Of a stretch of 64,000 nt of DNA, positions 1-9,310 are shown piece by piece; the first letter of the stretch is position 1; every line of letters starts with the position of its first letter. Location: NCBI GenBank assembly GCA_026706455.1, contig JAPOYS010000030.1, forward strand, positions 4,860 through 68,859. Direction: 5' to 3'. This DNA comes from Chloroflexota bacterium (GTDB lineage Bacteria; Chloroflexota; Anaerolineae; Aggregatilineales; Phototrophicaceae). The notes under the pieces are model-generated. The model was not told the DNA's origin and did no database searches. It saw only the letters and a list, made by a program, of their open reading frames with translations. Both the position numbers and the translations under genes were made by a program.

Positions 1-237
1 CCCGGCAAACGCAAAATCACCGGCACGAAGCCGCTCTTCGGCCAATCGCGCAGCAAAGCCTTCAATACGGTCAAGCGCCAATTCAAGCCGAACTTGCAGA
101 ACAAGCGTATCTACGTGCCCGAGCTCGATCGCTGGGTGCGCGTCAAGATTACGGCGAAAGAGATCAAGACCATCGACAAGATTGGCTTCATGGAATTCCT
201 TAAGCGCCGCAACATCCCGCTCAAGCAGCTGCTCTAA
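1..237 (+). CDS. rpmB: 50S ribosomal protein L28, 3' part (5' end outside window)
   Basis: Frame 1 is open from the window edge to TAA at 235-237. The translation ...SKAFNTVKRQFKPNLQNKRIYVPELDRWVRVKITAKEIKTIDK... is the conserved L28 core. Confidence 0.85.
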   Translation, partial: PGKRKITGTKPLFGQSRSKAFNTVKRQFKPNLQNKRIYVPELDRWVRVKITAKEIKTIDKIGFMEFLKRRNIPLKQLL

Positions 238-301
238 TTCCCATAACCTGTTGCAGGGGCGATCCGACGGCTCGCCCGTCCCATACCCCGCCCAGCTCGA
301 G

Positions 302-1006
302 ATGAACCCGCATCACCAGGCTATCCTGCGTCAAATCCAATCGACTATCCCCGGCCGCGGCCAGGTCAAGCAGCGCCCCGAACACTTGGGCACGGCGCGC
401 CGTTGGTATGGCCTCAAAAACGAACAGACGCGCCGAATCCTGCAAGATTTCAGCACCGCCCACAAAGACCTGAGCTATAGCGACTGGCGCGCGCTGGTCG
501 ACTCGCTCTATCAGGGTGAATCTTACGAGGAACGCTGCGCGCCGCGGACGCTTTTCCACAAGTACCCGCGCTACCGCCGTCAGCTTCCGCTCCCGCAACT
601 GGATGCCTGGCTGGGCTGCTTGAACGGCTGGGCGGAGGTCGACAGCACCTGCCAGACGGTCTTCACCGACAAGGACCTGCTGGCTGATTGGAGCGGTTGG
701 TCGGCATTGCTCGAGTCGCTGGCTGGCGACGCGAATGTCAACAAACGGCGCGCCGCCCTCGTGCTGCTCACGGCGCCGATTTCGCAATCGGAGGACCCGC
801 GCATCCTCGATCTGTCGCTAGCGCTGATTGAGCGTCTCAAGGGCGAAAAGGACGGGCGCATTACCAAGGCGATATCCTGGCTGCTGCGCAAGGGCGTCAA
901 GCAGCACCGCGACGCCATCGCAGCTTATCTCGAAGCCAGCGCTCCATCACTGCCCGCCATCGCCGTCCGTGAAACGCGCCGAAAGCTAGCAACCGGCAAA
1001 AAGTAA
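302..1006 (+). CDS. DNA alkylation repair protein (AlkC/AlkD-like HEAT-repeat family)
   Basis: Internal ATG at 302 (MNPHHQAIL...). The helical-repeat sequence with ...RRAALVLL...KAISWLLRKGVKQH... is typical of the family. The track start at 182 overlaps rpmB and is not used. Confidence 0.65.
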   Translation: MNPHHQAILRQIQSTIPGRGQVKQRPEHLGTARRWYGLKNEQTRRILQDFSTAHKDLSYSDWRALVDSLYQGESYEERCAPRTLFHKYPRYRRQLPLPQLDAWLGCLNGWAEVDSTCQTVFTDKDLLADWSGWSALLESLAGDANVNKRRAALVLLTAPISQSEDPRILDLSLALIERLKGEKDGRITKAISWLLRKGVKQHRDAIAAYLEASAPSLPAIAVRETRRKLATGKK

Positions 1007-1007
1007 C

Positions 1008-1841
1008 TCAATCTCGTACCATATCGGCGTAGTAGTCTTTGACCAGATAATGCGAGTCGCGCGGCGGCCGCGCCATATATTCTCCCTGCGGCGGCACGTC
1101 GGGCAGCTTCGTCGGTCCGGGAATCACGTTTTCATAAGGAATCGCGTCCAGCATGTCGCGAATGATATTCAGGCGCAAACGCCGCTTGTCGTTGGAGTTG
1201 ATCTGACGCCAGCGGCATTCGGGGATATCGGTATGCTCGATCATGGCGTCCTTCGCGCGCGTGTATTCGACCCAGCGATTGCGCCCCTCGATATCAATTG
1301 GGCTGAGCTTCCAGCGGCGGGCGGGGTTGGCGGCCCGCGCTTGAAAGCGGCGTTCTTGCTCATCGTCATCCACCGACAGCCAATACTTGAGCAGGATGAT
1401 GCCGTCGTTGATCAGCAGCCGCTCGAAATTGGGCGCGTCGCGCAGAAAGTCCCAATACTGGCGGTCGCTGCAGAAGCCCATCACCCGCTCGACGGTGGCG
1501 CGGTTATACCAACTGCGGTCGAAGAGCACGATCTCGCCGGCGGCTGGCAAATGCGTTACATAGCGCTGGAAATACCACTGGGTCTGCTCGCGGTCTGAGG
1601 GCTTGCCAAGCGCAACCAGGCGGATATCGCGCGGCTGCAGCGGCGCCATTATGCGCTTGATCGTGCCGCCCTTGCCGGCCGCATCTCGCCCGTCAAATGT
1701 GATCATGACCCGCATGTCGTTGTGCTTGATCCAATACTGCCACTTCACCAACTCAAATTGCAGCCGAGACAGTTCTTGCTCATAGTATTTCCGCTTCAAG
1801 CGCGGGGGCCGGTCAGTTTTTGCCGCTTTCTTTTTGGCCAT
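1008..1841 (-). CDS. ppk2: polyphosphate kinase 2 (PPK2)
   Basis: FDGRDAAGKGGTI Walker A, FDRSWYNR and the lid region are typical PPK2. Start chosen at MAKKKAAK (1841); an alternative ATG lies at 1871. Confidence 0.9.
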   Translation of the reverse strand: MAKKKAAKTDRPPRLKRKYYEQELSRLQFELVKWQYWIKHNDMRVMITFDGRDAAGKGGTIKRIMAPLQPRDIRLVALGKPSDREQTQWYFQRYVTHLPAAGEIVLFDRSWYNRATVERVMGFCSDRQYWDFLRDAPNFERLLINDGIILLKYWLSVDDDEQERRFQARAANPARRWKLSPIDIEGRNRWVEYTRAKDAMIEHTDIPECRWRQINSNDKRRLRLNIIRDMLDAIPYENVIPGPTKLPDVPPQGEYMARPPRDSHYLVKDYYADMVRD

Positions 1842-2030
1842 GGGTCGCTCCAGGCACTCGCTCAAAGGCATGACAACTGATAGCTTACCAAATTATGGCG
1901 CGGACGTGCAGCAAATGGCGAAATCGCCCGGCAGGGTTGGGCGCGTTTTCCGCCATTCCACCGGGCATCCGACGCCCGCGTTTTGTACTATAATCCACTG
2001 GTATCGAATCGGGAGACGGCGCAACCGCCT

Positions 2031-3011
2031 ATGACGCATCAGATTAGCGCGTTCCGCTCCGCGGCGCTGGCGGAGGGAGCCAAGCCGAATTTCTTCATCG
2101 TTGGCGCGCCAAAATGCGGCACGACCTCCCTGCACGAGTACTTGCAGCGGCATCCCGATGTCTTCATGCCTTTCTTCAAGGAGCCGCACTTTTTCGGCTC
2201 CGACTTGGAGGGCTCGCGCTTTCGCCAATTCCGCGGCAAGCCGGAGCGCTACCTGAAGCTCTTTCGCGACGCGCGCGGCGAGAAGCGCATCGGCGAATCG
2301 TCGCCCTGGTACTTGGTCAGCCAACGCGCGGCCGACGAGATCCAGGCCTACGATCCGGGCGCCAAGATCATCATCATGCTGCGCAACCCCATCGATATGA
2401 TGTACTCGATGTGGTCCCAGTTCCGCTACAGCGGCAATGAACAGATTGAGTCCTTTGAAGAGGCGTTGGCCGCCGAGCCTGGCCGGCAAGCCGGGCGGCG
2501 AATCCGGCGCGCTGCCCACTGCGTCACTGGTCTCTACTATCGACACATGGCTCGTTATTTTGAGCAGGCGCCGCGCTACTTCGAGCGCTTCGGCCGGGAG
2601 AATGCGCTGGTAATCATATTTGATGATTTTCGCGCTGACACGCCAGCGGTCTTCCGCACAGTTCTAGACTTTCTCGAATTGGAGCCAAATATCAGCATGA
2701 CCTTCGATATCCACAATCCGAACAAAGAAGTGCGACTGGAGTGGCTGCAAAAGCTCATCGTCAACAGCGGCTTCTCGTTGATGCTGCTCAAAGATCAGTT
2801 GACATACCTGGCGACGACGCACTCCCTCGTCCCATTTTCATATCGCACGCGAGCGGTCGAAGGCGTCATCGCCGTCTACACCAAGTACGAGCGGCGCTCG
2901 CCATTGACATCTGAATTGCGCAAGCGCCTAGCCGCCGAGTTGGAAGGCGAGATTGACGCGCTGAGCGCGCTGCTGGATCGAGATCTTTCGCATTGGTATC
3001 AACTTGACTAA
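2031..3011 (+). CDS. PAPS-type sulfotransferase domain protein
   Basis: The N-terminal FFIVGAPKCGTTSLHEYL 5'-PSB loop and the RNPIDMMYS 3'-PB motif are present. ATG 2031 is preceded by GGGAGA. Confidence 0.8.
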   Translation: MTHQISAFRSAALAEGAKPNFFIVGAPKCGTTSLHEYLQRHPDVFMPFFKEPHFFGSDLEGSRFRQFRGKPERYLKLFRDARGEKRIGESSPWYLVSQRAADEIQAYDPGAKIIIMLRNPIDMMYSMWSQFRYSGNEQIESFEEALAAEPGRQAGRRIRRAAHCVTGLYYRHMARYFEQAPRYFERFGRENALVIIFDDFRADTPAVFRTVLDFLELEPNISMTFDIHNPNKEVRLEWLQKLIVNSGFSLMLLKDQLTYLATTHSLVPFSYRTRAVEGVIAVYTKYERRSPLTSELRKRLAAELEGEIDALSALLDRDLSHWYQLD

Positions 3012-4074
3012 GCGCCCGATGGACGATCGCAACGAGAGAAAAGCCGAGCCCTCCGGCGATGCTCGCAGGCGCCGCCAGTTCCTGGTCCGCGCCATCAGTA
3101 TTGCGATAACGGCTGTCCTCCTGGCTGACCTAGTCGGACGCGTCAATTGGTCGGAGTTTGATCAGCTGCTCGCGCGCATCGCCTTTTCCAGTTGGATCTT
3201 GGCGCTCCTGGCTTACCTGGCGCTGAACTTACTGCGGGCGCTGCGCTTTCGCATCCTGCTCGACAAGCGCGACTCGCCCTGGCGAATCCTGATTCCCATC
3301 ACGCTCTACCACAACTTTCTGGTCCGCGCGCTGCCCTTCAAGCTGGGCGAATTATCGTATATTGTCATGCTGCGCTCACGGCTGAATTACTCGATGGAAG
3401 AGGGCGTCAGCAGTCTATTCGGCGCGCGTATACTGGAGCTTTTGATCATCGTCATGGTCTTCGCCTCCAGCATACCGGCGAGCGCCGAGCAATTGGCGGC
3501 GCAGCGCGATGAGCTGCTGGCCGCTATCGCCGTCACCTTTGCGGTCAGCGTCATTGCGCTCTACTTCGGCGGCGCGCTAATCAGGGCGATCCTGCGAGCG
3601 TTGCAACCACTGCTGAACCATATTGACCGACGCAGCGCGGGCTTCGCAACTGGCGCCAATCGACGCCTGCGGCATCTCGCAAACGAGATGGATCGCATTC
3701 GTCAACCGCGTCTTTTCCTGACGGCGCTTCTGACGACCTGTTTCACCTATACCTCATCCTTCCTCACAAACTTCATTCTGCTGCGCGCCTTGGGCATTGA
3801 TGTGGAATTGCCCGCCTTCATCGCTATAATCAGCCTTGGCATGTTTGCGTCCGCCTTTCCATTTACGGTTAGTGGATTTGGCGTGGTGGAAGCAGCCTGG
3901 CGTTTTGGCTTAATGCAATTCGCCGGCTTGGCTGATTCAGACGCGACGGCGGCCGGCTTCCTGCTGCACGGCTTTCAAATCTTCGCCGCCGCGCTTTACG
4001 GATTCTTAGGTTATTTGCTCATTCAGATCAGCTCGCCAATGCCGCCAGTGGACGAAGCCGCCGCGCGGAAATGA
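3004..4074 (+). CDS. UPF0104 / lysylphosphatidylglycerol-synthase TM-region-like (flippase-like) membrane protein
   Basis: Polytopic hydrophobic protein with an Arg-rich N-terminus, resembling the UPF0104 family. The TTG start at 3004 overlaps the sulfotransferase stop by 8 nt; an alternative ATG lies at 3019. Confidence 0.55.
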   Translation: MTKRPMDDRNERKAEPSGDARRRRQFLVRAISIAITAVLLADLVGRVNWSEFDQLLARIAFSSWILALLAYLALNLLRALRFRILLDKRDSPWRILIPITLYHNFLVRALPFKLGELSYIVMLRSRLNYSMEEGVSSLFGARILELLIIVMVFASSIPASAEQLAAQRDELLAAIAVTFAVSVIALYFGGALIRAILRALQPLLNHIDRRSAGFATGANRRLRHLANEMDRIRQPRLFLTALLTTCFTYTSSFLTNFILLRALGIDVELPAFIAIISLGMFASAFPFTVSGFGVVEAAWRFGLMQFAGLADSDATAAGFLLHGFQIFAAALYGFLGYLLIQISSPMPPVDEAAARK

Positions 4075-4101
4075 TAGAAGGCTAGATGAGAGGCGCGCCT
4101 C

Positions 4102-4938
4102 ATGCCCTATCCACTTGACCCCGGCAAGATGTATCGCATGCCGACGCACTTTGGTCCGCGCGCCGGTCCCAGGCAGGGTCCCGACGGGCGCAGATTCGAG
4201 TGCGTCGACAACCCGCTCGGAACCGCCTACAGCGTCAGCTTTCTCACGAACGGGCAGCAGCTAAAAGCCTTTTTGCCGCCGGGTTTTTCACTCGATGGCG
4301 AGCCGGTCGTCACCGTCTTTTCGAATCACATGACCGAGATTGAATGGCTGGCGGGCCGCGGCTACAACGTGCTTGGCGTCAGTTTTCCCGTCCGATTTGA
4401 AGGCGAGCGGGATCGCGTTCGAGGCAGCTTCCTGACCGTGCTCTGGGAGAATCTGACTGATCCCATTATCACTGGCCGCGAAGAACTCGGCTTCTCCAAG
4501 ATTTACTGCGAGCTTCCTCCTCCAAGTTGCTTAAGAGGCGAAACCCACCTCATCGCCAGCTGGCTGGGATTCAAGTTCCTGGATATTCACCTATCGGATT
4601 TGCGGCAACTATCGCAAGCAGAAATAGAAGCGCGGTCGGCTGCCGCCAATAGCGACGGCGCCTTGCATTACAAGTACATGCCCCGCACTGGCGACTGGGG
4701 CGCAGCCGATATCGCCTACCCCGTCTTGACACCCGCCGCCAATTCCAACCAGCGAATCATCGAGCAGCATGTGGGCGTGGGCAGCCTCGCCTTTCATCAG
4801 GCGCGTTGGGAAGACATGCCGACGCAGTACAATATCGTCAACGCCTTTGCCGATCTGGAGATTCTCGAATATCGCGGCGCCACCCTAACGAAGACCGTCG
4901 GCGGCAAAGATATCAGCGACCAGCGGATTCTGCGCTAA
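4102..4938 (+). CDS. acetoacetate decarboxylase (ADC) family protein
   Basis: The N-terminal MPYPLDPGKMYRMP... and the overall beta-cone-like sequence resemble the ADC family. Confidence 0.65.
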   Translation: MPYPLDPGKMYRMPTHFGPRAGPRQGPDGRRFECVDNPLGTAYSVSFLTNGQQLKAFLPPGFSLDGEPVVTVFSNHMTEIEWLAGRGYNVLGVSFPVRFEGERDRVRGSFLTVLWENLTDPIITGREELGFSKIYCELPPPSCLRGETHLIASWLGFKFLDIHLSDLRQLSQAEIEARSAAANSDGALHYKYMPRTGDWGAADIAYPVLTPAANSNQRIIEQHVGVGSLAFHQARWEDMPTQYNIVNAFADLEILEYRGATLTKTVGGKDISDQRILR

Positions 4939-4958
4939 AGGCGCGTGTGGAGCGGCTT

Positions 4959-5780
4959 ATGTACAACCTGGGCGGAAAAGTAGCGCTGGTGACCGGCGCG
5001 GCCGGGGCCGCGGGCATCGGTCGCGCGATCGCTTTGCGGCTGGCGCAGGAAGGCGCTGACGTTGCCGTCAACGACCTCGGCGAAGGCCTAGGGTTTCGCG
5101 CCGGCTTGCCCGATGTCGTCCGCGAGATCGAAGCCCTGGGCGCGCGCTCGCTGGCAGTCTATGCCGATGTCGCGCAAGCCGACCAGGTCGAGCGGATGGT
5201 GGCTGAGACGCTAGATCGCTTCGGCAGGATCGACATCCTTGTCAACAATGCCGGCGCGCCAGCCGGGCGCGACCGCGTGCCAGTCATCGACCTGGCAGAA
5301 GAAGACTTCGACCTTGTGCAAAGGGTCAACGTGAAAGGCGTCTTTCTCTGCTGTCGAGCGGTGGCGCGGCACATGCTTGAGCGCGGCGGCGGAGGAACGA
5401 TCATCAATATATCGTCCATTGCCGGCAAGTACGGGGTCGCGCGCTTCGCCGCCTACTGCGCCTCCAAATTTGCCGTGCGCGGCTTCACCCAAGCGCTGGC
5501 TCAGGAGCTGGGACCGCAGCAGATCACCGTATACGCGATTTGCCCCGGCTTGATCGCCAGCGAGCGAATTGACGACATGGCGGCGGTCCTTGCGCCGCCC
5601 GGCCTGGATGCATCTGCGCAGCGCGAACAAATGATCTCCACAGCGACTCACAACTCACCTCTGGGGCGAATGACCGAGCAGGAAGATGTCGCCAAAGTGG
5701 CCGCCTTTCTCGCTTCCGACCAATCAGATTTCATGACTGGCGCGTCCGTCAATGTCGATGGCGGCTTCCACATGGATTAG
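4959..5780 (+). CDS. SDR family oxidoreductase
   Basis: Has VTGAAGAAGIGRA (TGxxxGIG), NNAG, and S...YxxxK (YCASK). The internal ATG at 4959 is used; the upstream ORF extension overlaps the ADC gene. Confidence 0.85.
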   Translation: MYNLGGKVALVTGAAGAAGIGRAIALRLAQEGADVAVNDLGEGLGFRAGLPDVVREIEALGARSLAVYADVAQADQVERMVAETLDRFGRIDILVNNAGAPAGRDRVPVIDLAEEDFDLVQRVNVKGVFLCCRAVARHMLERGGGGTIINISSIAGKYGVARFAAYCASKFAVRGFTQALAQELGPQQITVYAICPGLIASERIDDMAAVLAPPGLDASAQREQMISTATHNSPLGRMTEQEDVAKVAAFLASDQSDFMTGASVNVDGGFHMD

Positions 5781-5814
5781 CATCAGCAAAAGAAGATGAA
5801 GGGCAGACACCCAA

Positions 5815-6621
5815 ATGGTCAGCGCTCGCTTACAGGACAAGGTCGCGCTTGTCGTTGGCGCCGGTTCGCGCGGCGAGCCAGCTGGCACTGGCTACGCGAC
5901 AGCGAAACTCTTCGCCGAGCACGGCGCTTCAACTCTTTTGGTGGATAACAATCGTGAACGCGCCAAAGTCACCGAGCGAGAAATCCTCGACGCCGGCGGT
6001 GCTGCTTCCGTCTTCGAAGGCGATGTGACCAGCGAAGAGGACTGTAAAGCGATGGTGACAGCTTGCGGCGAGCGCTACGGCCGTCTGGACATCCTTGTCA
6101 ACAATGTAGCAACCGCTGGAGCCGGAAAGGTGACAGAAGTCGGCAGCGAAGAACTAGACCAAGTGTTCGCCACCAATCTGAGAAGCATGATGCTGGCCTG
6201 CCGCTATGCCATTCCACTGATGAAAGCGGGTGGCGGCGGTTCGATTCTTAACATCTCCTCGATCGACGGCTTGCGAACCGGCATGTCATACAATGTGCCG
6301 TATGCCGTTACGAAAGCTGGCGCGGCCCATCTTGCGCGGCTCATTGCTGTCCACCATGGACGCGACAATATACGCGCCAACTGCATCGCGCCCGGTCATA
6401 TCTACGCGCCCTTCGTGCGACACATGTCGCCAGAAAAGCGCGATCAAAGGCGGAAGGTGGCGCCCTTGGGAACAGAGGGTACAGCCTGGGATATCGCCTG
6501 GGCCGCCGTCTTTCTCGCAAGCGACGAAGCGCGCTGGATATCTGGCACTATTCTACCCGTTGACGGCGGTCTCCTGGCTGCCACGCCACTAGCCGTCTAC
6601 GACAACATAGTCCCGGCGTAG
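5815..6621 (+). CDS. SDR family oxidoreductase
   Basis: Has VVGAGSRG, NNVA, and the S...YAVTK catalytic motif. Confidence 0.85.
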   Translation: MVSARLQDKVALVVGAGSRGEPAGTGYATAKLFAEHGASTLLVDNNRERAKVTEREILDAGGAASVFEGDVTSEEDCKAMVTACGERYGRLDILVNNVATAGAGKVTEVGSEELDQVFATNLRSMMLACRYAIPLMKAGGGGSILNISSIDGLRTGMSYNVPYAVTKAGAAHLARLIAVHHGRDNIRANCIAPGHIYAPFVRHMSPEKRDQRRKVAPLGTEGTAWDIAWAAVFLASDEARWISGTILPVDGGLLAATPLAVYDNIVPA

Positions 6622-7023
6622 GCTCCTTATCACGCCCCCTCAGGCAAGTTGCAGCACATGCGTTCTGCAACAGTAGCGTTCGGCGAGCCATGCTCAGTTG
6701 ACAGTTCAGGAAACAATTTCCTTGCGACCATCGTCAATTGCGTGTATACTGTATAAATATATCGAGTGCGACAAGAATCGAGCTCAATGCTCGCTTTCGA
6801 TCGGTTTTCTGGCACCACCAGGGAAGCCTCGACCAGTTTGATCCTGAGGCTAATCCAGCTGACATTAGCGAGAACGTTCCGCTGGAAAATGAGCCAATTT
6901 TTTGGCGTCTTTGCCCACATAATCTTCGACTCATTGGTGGCATAGACAGCTCTCATTGTAACTAACGGAAGACGCCAGCCACGCTTCCAGGATTAGTCAG
7001 CAGGACAACCGCACTCAAGAAAT

Positions 7024-7063
7024 AAAGGGATCGGCCGATGGTTGCGCAGCAGCCGATCCCTTT
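7024..7063 (-). terminator. perfect 12-bp stem hairpin, T-rich tail only on the minus strand
   Basis: AAAGGGATCGGC (7024-7035) pairs with GCCGATCCCTTT (7052-7063) across a 16-nt loop. On the minus strand it is followed by TTTATTTCTT. Confidence 0.4.
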
Positions 7064-7188
7064 CGGGTCCACACCTGCCCCGCCTCGGAGCAGAGTGCAG
7101 TTTTTCTATGGTAGCTTTCTTGACGGATCAGGTCAAGAAAAGATGCCGGATTTATGCGGAGAAAGCAGTGAAAAAGAGTAAGAATCGC

Positions 7189-9186
7189 ATGCAAAACGCG
7201 CTTGTGACGCGGGCAAAAATGCTGGCGCGCGCAGGCTACTCAGTGATTCCCGTGCACGGGAACAAGCTGCCCACGGAGCCAAAACGACCGGCGATAAGCT
7301 GGAAGAAATACCAGCGCGCGATCGCTACGACGGATGAAATCGATGCCTTCTTCAATGATCGAGTGACAGCCTTGGGTGTGGTTTGCGGCCGCGTGTCGAA
7401 GCTGCTGGTGATCGACTTCGATGATGTCATGCGATATCAGCGATTTTGCCGGCACCTGCCCCAGTATAGCGAGACGTATACAGTAAAGACCCGACGGGGA
7501 TTCCATCTATATTTCCGCACGAGTGAGAAGGTACCGAGTCACCAGTTTGACGGTGGAGATATCAAATGTGAGAAGTCATATATCATCGCGCCGCCATCGG
7601 AGATCGGTGACTTTGTCTACCATTGCACGAAGAACGTGACCGAGCTGCATCTGGAACGAGAAGACGTGGATCGGATTCTAAACTATTTCCACGTCAGGTC
7701 GGCGGTGCGCTTGGTCTCTGGAAAGAAGGGGGAGACAGCAAATAAGGTAGACATTAAGCGAGTTTACCGAAGCTTGTCGACGCGGATAGGGCGGAACAAC
7801 GCTCTATATCGAGCGGCCTCAATGGGTAGAGAAGCTGGTCTGAGTAAAGATGAAGTGGAGAAGGAACTGCTGCTCTTGCACATTTGGCAAAATGGAAAGC
7901 CAGATCATAGGGGGGAGAACGCTCAAGAACGAAGGGATGAAGGGTTGCGCACAATTGAAAGCGCCTTCAGAGGAGCTTCTAGGGCTAAGCCGCTACACTC
8001 GGGTTTGCCCAACTCAATTCGTGAACGTCTCTTGCAAGCGCAACGCTCTACAGTGGTTTGTCGCTTGTTGGACATCTTCGCGTTTGAGGGATGGGAAGCC
8101 GGGGCCTATTTCACGTTAGGCGATGCGATTCGTACCGGTCAACTGTTTGGCTTGAATCGGAAGAGCGTGCTGCAAGCTTTAACAGGCGAGCTATGCAGGT
8201 TCGATGGGCAGCATATTATCAGTAGAAGATATGTAGAATATCTGGACATTAAGGGACTTAAAGGCCGGAAGCGGGGGCGGCCGGTGGAGTTGATGTTTCG
8301 TATGCCGTCGGCGGCTCGCCTGTTGAAGCTGCTGAAGGTGGCATGGGCGCCGTGTGATCGCATGCAAAAAGAGGACTTGCTCTCGGCGAAAGCCTATCGA
8401 ATGGCATTGCATCGGGAATACCTTTTGCGATTGTCGCCGCGCTCGTCGTTGGGCGTTTTGGCTGGGCGCGTCGGTGTGAACGAGCGGACGATACGGCGCT
8501 ATAACCTTGCGCTGGGGGTCAAGGTTAAAGCTTGCATCGGCCGATTGGAGTTGTCGCGGGAGGTGGTCAGGACCTTGCCGAAGCGCGGCTGGCGAACGGC
8601 TGCAAACGCCACCAAGGGCTTTTGGCTGGAAGGTAGGGATGGCGGGCGGGCGCCGGCTTGGCGTCATATTGGCCGGCGGATGCTGAAGGCCGGCGGGGAG
8701 GGCGCCCGTGTATGTGTGCGACTTGCGTCGGTGTTCAGTCTAAAGCCGGGAGAAACGCGAGCGCCATTGCTGGAGAGGATCAGCCTGCGTGATCTTGCTC
8801 GGTTGATCGGCTCGCGCGCGGCCGGTGGCGCTGGTTTGATTCAGCGGCTGGGGCATGCGATTGACGCGATACGAGAGCGTGCGGCCGGAAGCGGGTACGA
8901 AAAGATTCAGTTGTCCTATGGAAACGTGGCGGCGCGAATCGCCGATGACAAAGTGGCCGAGACCATCAGCGGTTTCCTGGTAGCAGTGACTGAGGGCGGC
9001 GCCGAAGTGCGGCGTCCGGCGAAGCGAGGCATCGCTTATCGGATGTTGAAGGAATTCGGCGACGGGAATGTGTATCTGGCTTTGCGGAGCTCTTATAAGG
9101 AGGTGATGGCATCGCTAGCGCGGCATGCGCTGCTGGCTGGCGACGCGGGCCAAAGCGCCGAGCTGCTGGCGCGCGCGTCCGTCTGA
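7189..9186 (+). CDS. bifunctional DNA primase/polymerase (prim-pol) domain replication protein with long C-terminal DNA-binding-like extension
   Basis: Prim-pol motifs are present: LLVIDFDD (DxD), TRRGFHLYF (sGxH) and SYIIAPPS. No Walker A helicase domain is seen. Start is uncertain: ATG 7189 is chosen, ATG 7108 also possible, and the ORF is open from 7042. Confidence 0.75.
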   Translation: MQNALVTRAKMLARAGYSVIPVHGNKLPTEPKRPAISWKKYQRAIATTDEIDAFFNDRVTALGVVCGRVSKLLVIDFDDVMRYQRFCRHLPQYSETYTVKTRRGFHLYFRTSEKVPSHQFDGGDIKCEKSYIIAPPSEIGDFVYHCTKNVTELHLEREDVDRILNYFHVRSAVRLVSGKKGETANKVDIKRVYRSLSTRIGRNNALYRAASMGREAGLSKDEVEKELLLLHIWQNGKPDHRGENAQERRDEGLRTIESAFRGASRAKPLHSGLPNSIRERLLQAQRSTVVCRLLDIFAFEGWEAGAYFTLGDAIRTGQLFGLNRKSVLQALTGELCRFDGQHIISRRYVEYLDIKGLKGRKRGRPVELMFRMPSAARLLKLLKVAWAPCDRMQKEDLLSAKAYRMALHREYLLRLSPRSSLGVLAGRVGVNERTIRRYNLALGVKVKACIGRLELSREVVRTLPKRGWRTAANATKGFWLEGRDGGRAPAWRHIGRRMLKAGGEGARVCVRLASVFSLKPGETRAPLLERISLRDLARLIGSRAAGGAGLIQRLGHAIDAIRERAAGSGYEKIQLSYGNVAARIADDKVAETISGFLVAVTEGGAEVRRPAKRGIAYRMLKEFGDGNVYLALRSSYKEVMASLARHALLAGDAGQSAELLARASV

Positions 9187-9218
9187 TGTGTTTGCCCGGC
9201 GGTTGACAGTGGCGGGTG

Positions 9219-9240
9219 TAGCGTTACAGGTGTAACGGTA
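9219..9240. promoter_or_regulatory. parS-like palindromic site A
   Basis: TAGCGTTACAGGTGTAACGGTA lies in the convergent prim-pol/parB gap. It matches the reverse complement of site B at 21 of 22 positions. Confidence 0.5.
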
Positions 9241-9260
9241 GCGGGCGATAAGGTGAAGGG

Positions 9261-9289
9261 CGCATCGCGAGATGCGTTTTTGTTTTTTT
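9261..9289 (+). terminator. intrinsic terminator after the prim-pol gene
   Basis: CGCATC-GCGA-GATGCG hairpin followed by TTTTTGTTTTTTT. Confidence 0.6.
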
Positions 9290-9310
9290 GGGGAGGGAGC
9301 TCGGCGCGCG

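Noticed and set aside
182-301. The track start at 182 for the alkylation-repair-like gene.
   Set aside because: It would overlap the rpmB 3' end and adds a Ser-rich nonsense N-terminus. The internal ATG at 302 is used instead.
6630-6965. ORFs 6630..6956 (-), 6734..6943 (-) and 6738..6965 (+) in the AT-rich spacer.
   Set aside because: They overlap one another in different frames, have no motifs, no ribosome-binding context and an odd composition. The region is treated as non-coding control or origin-like DNA.
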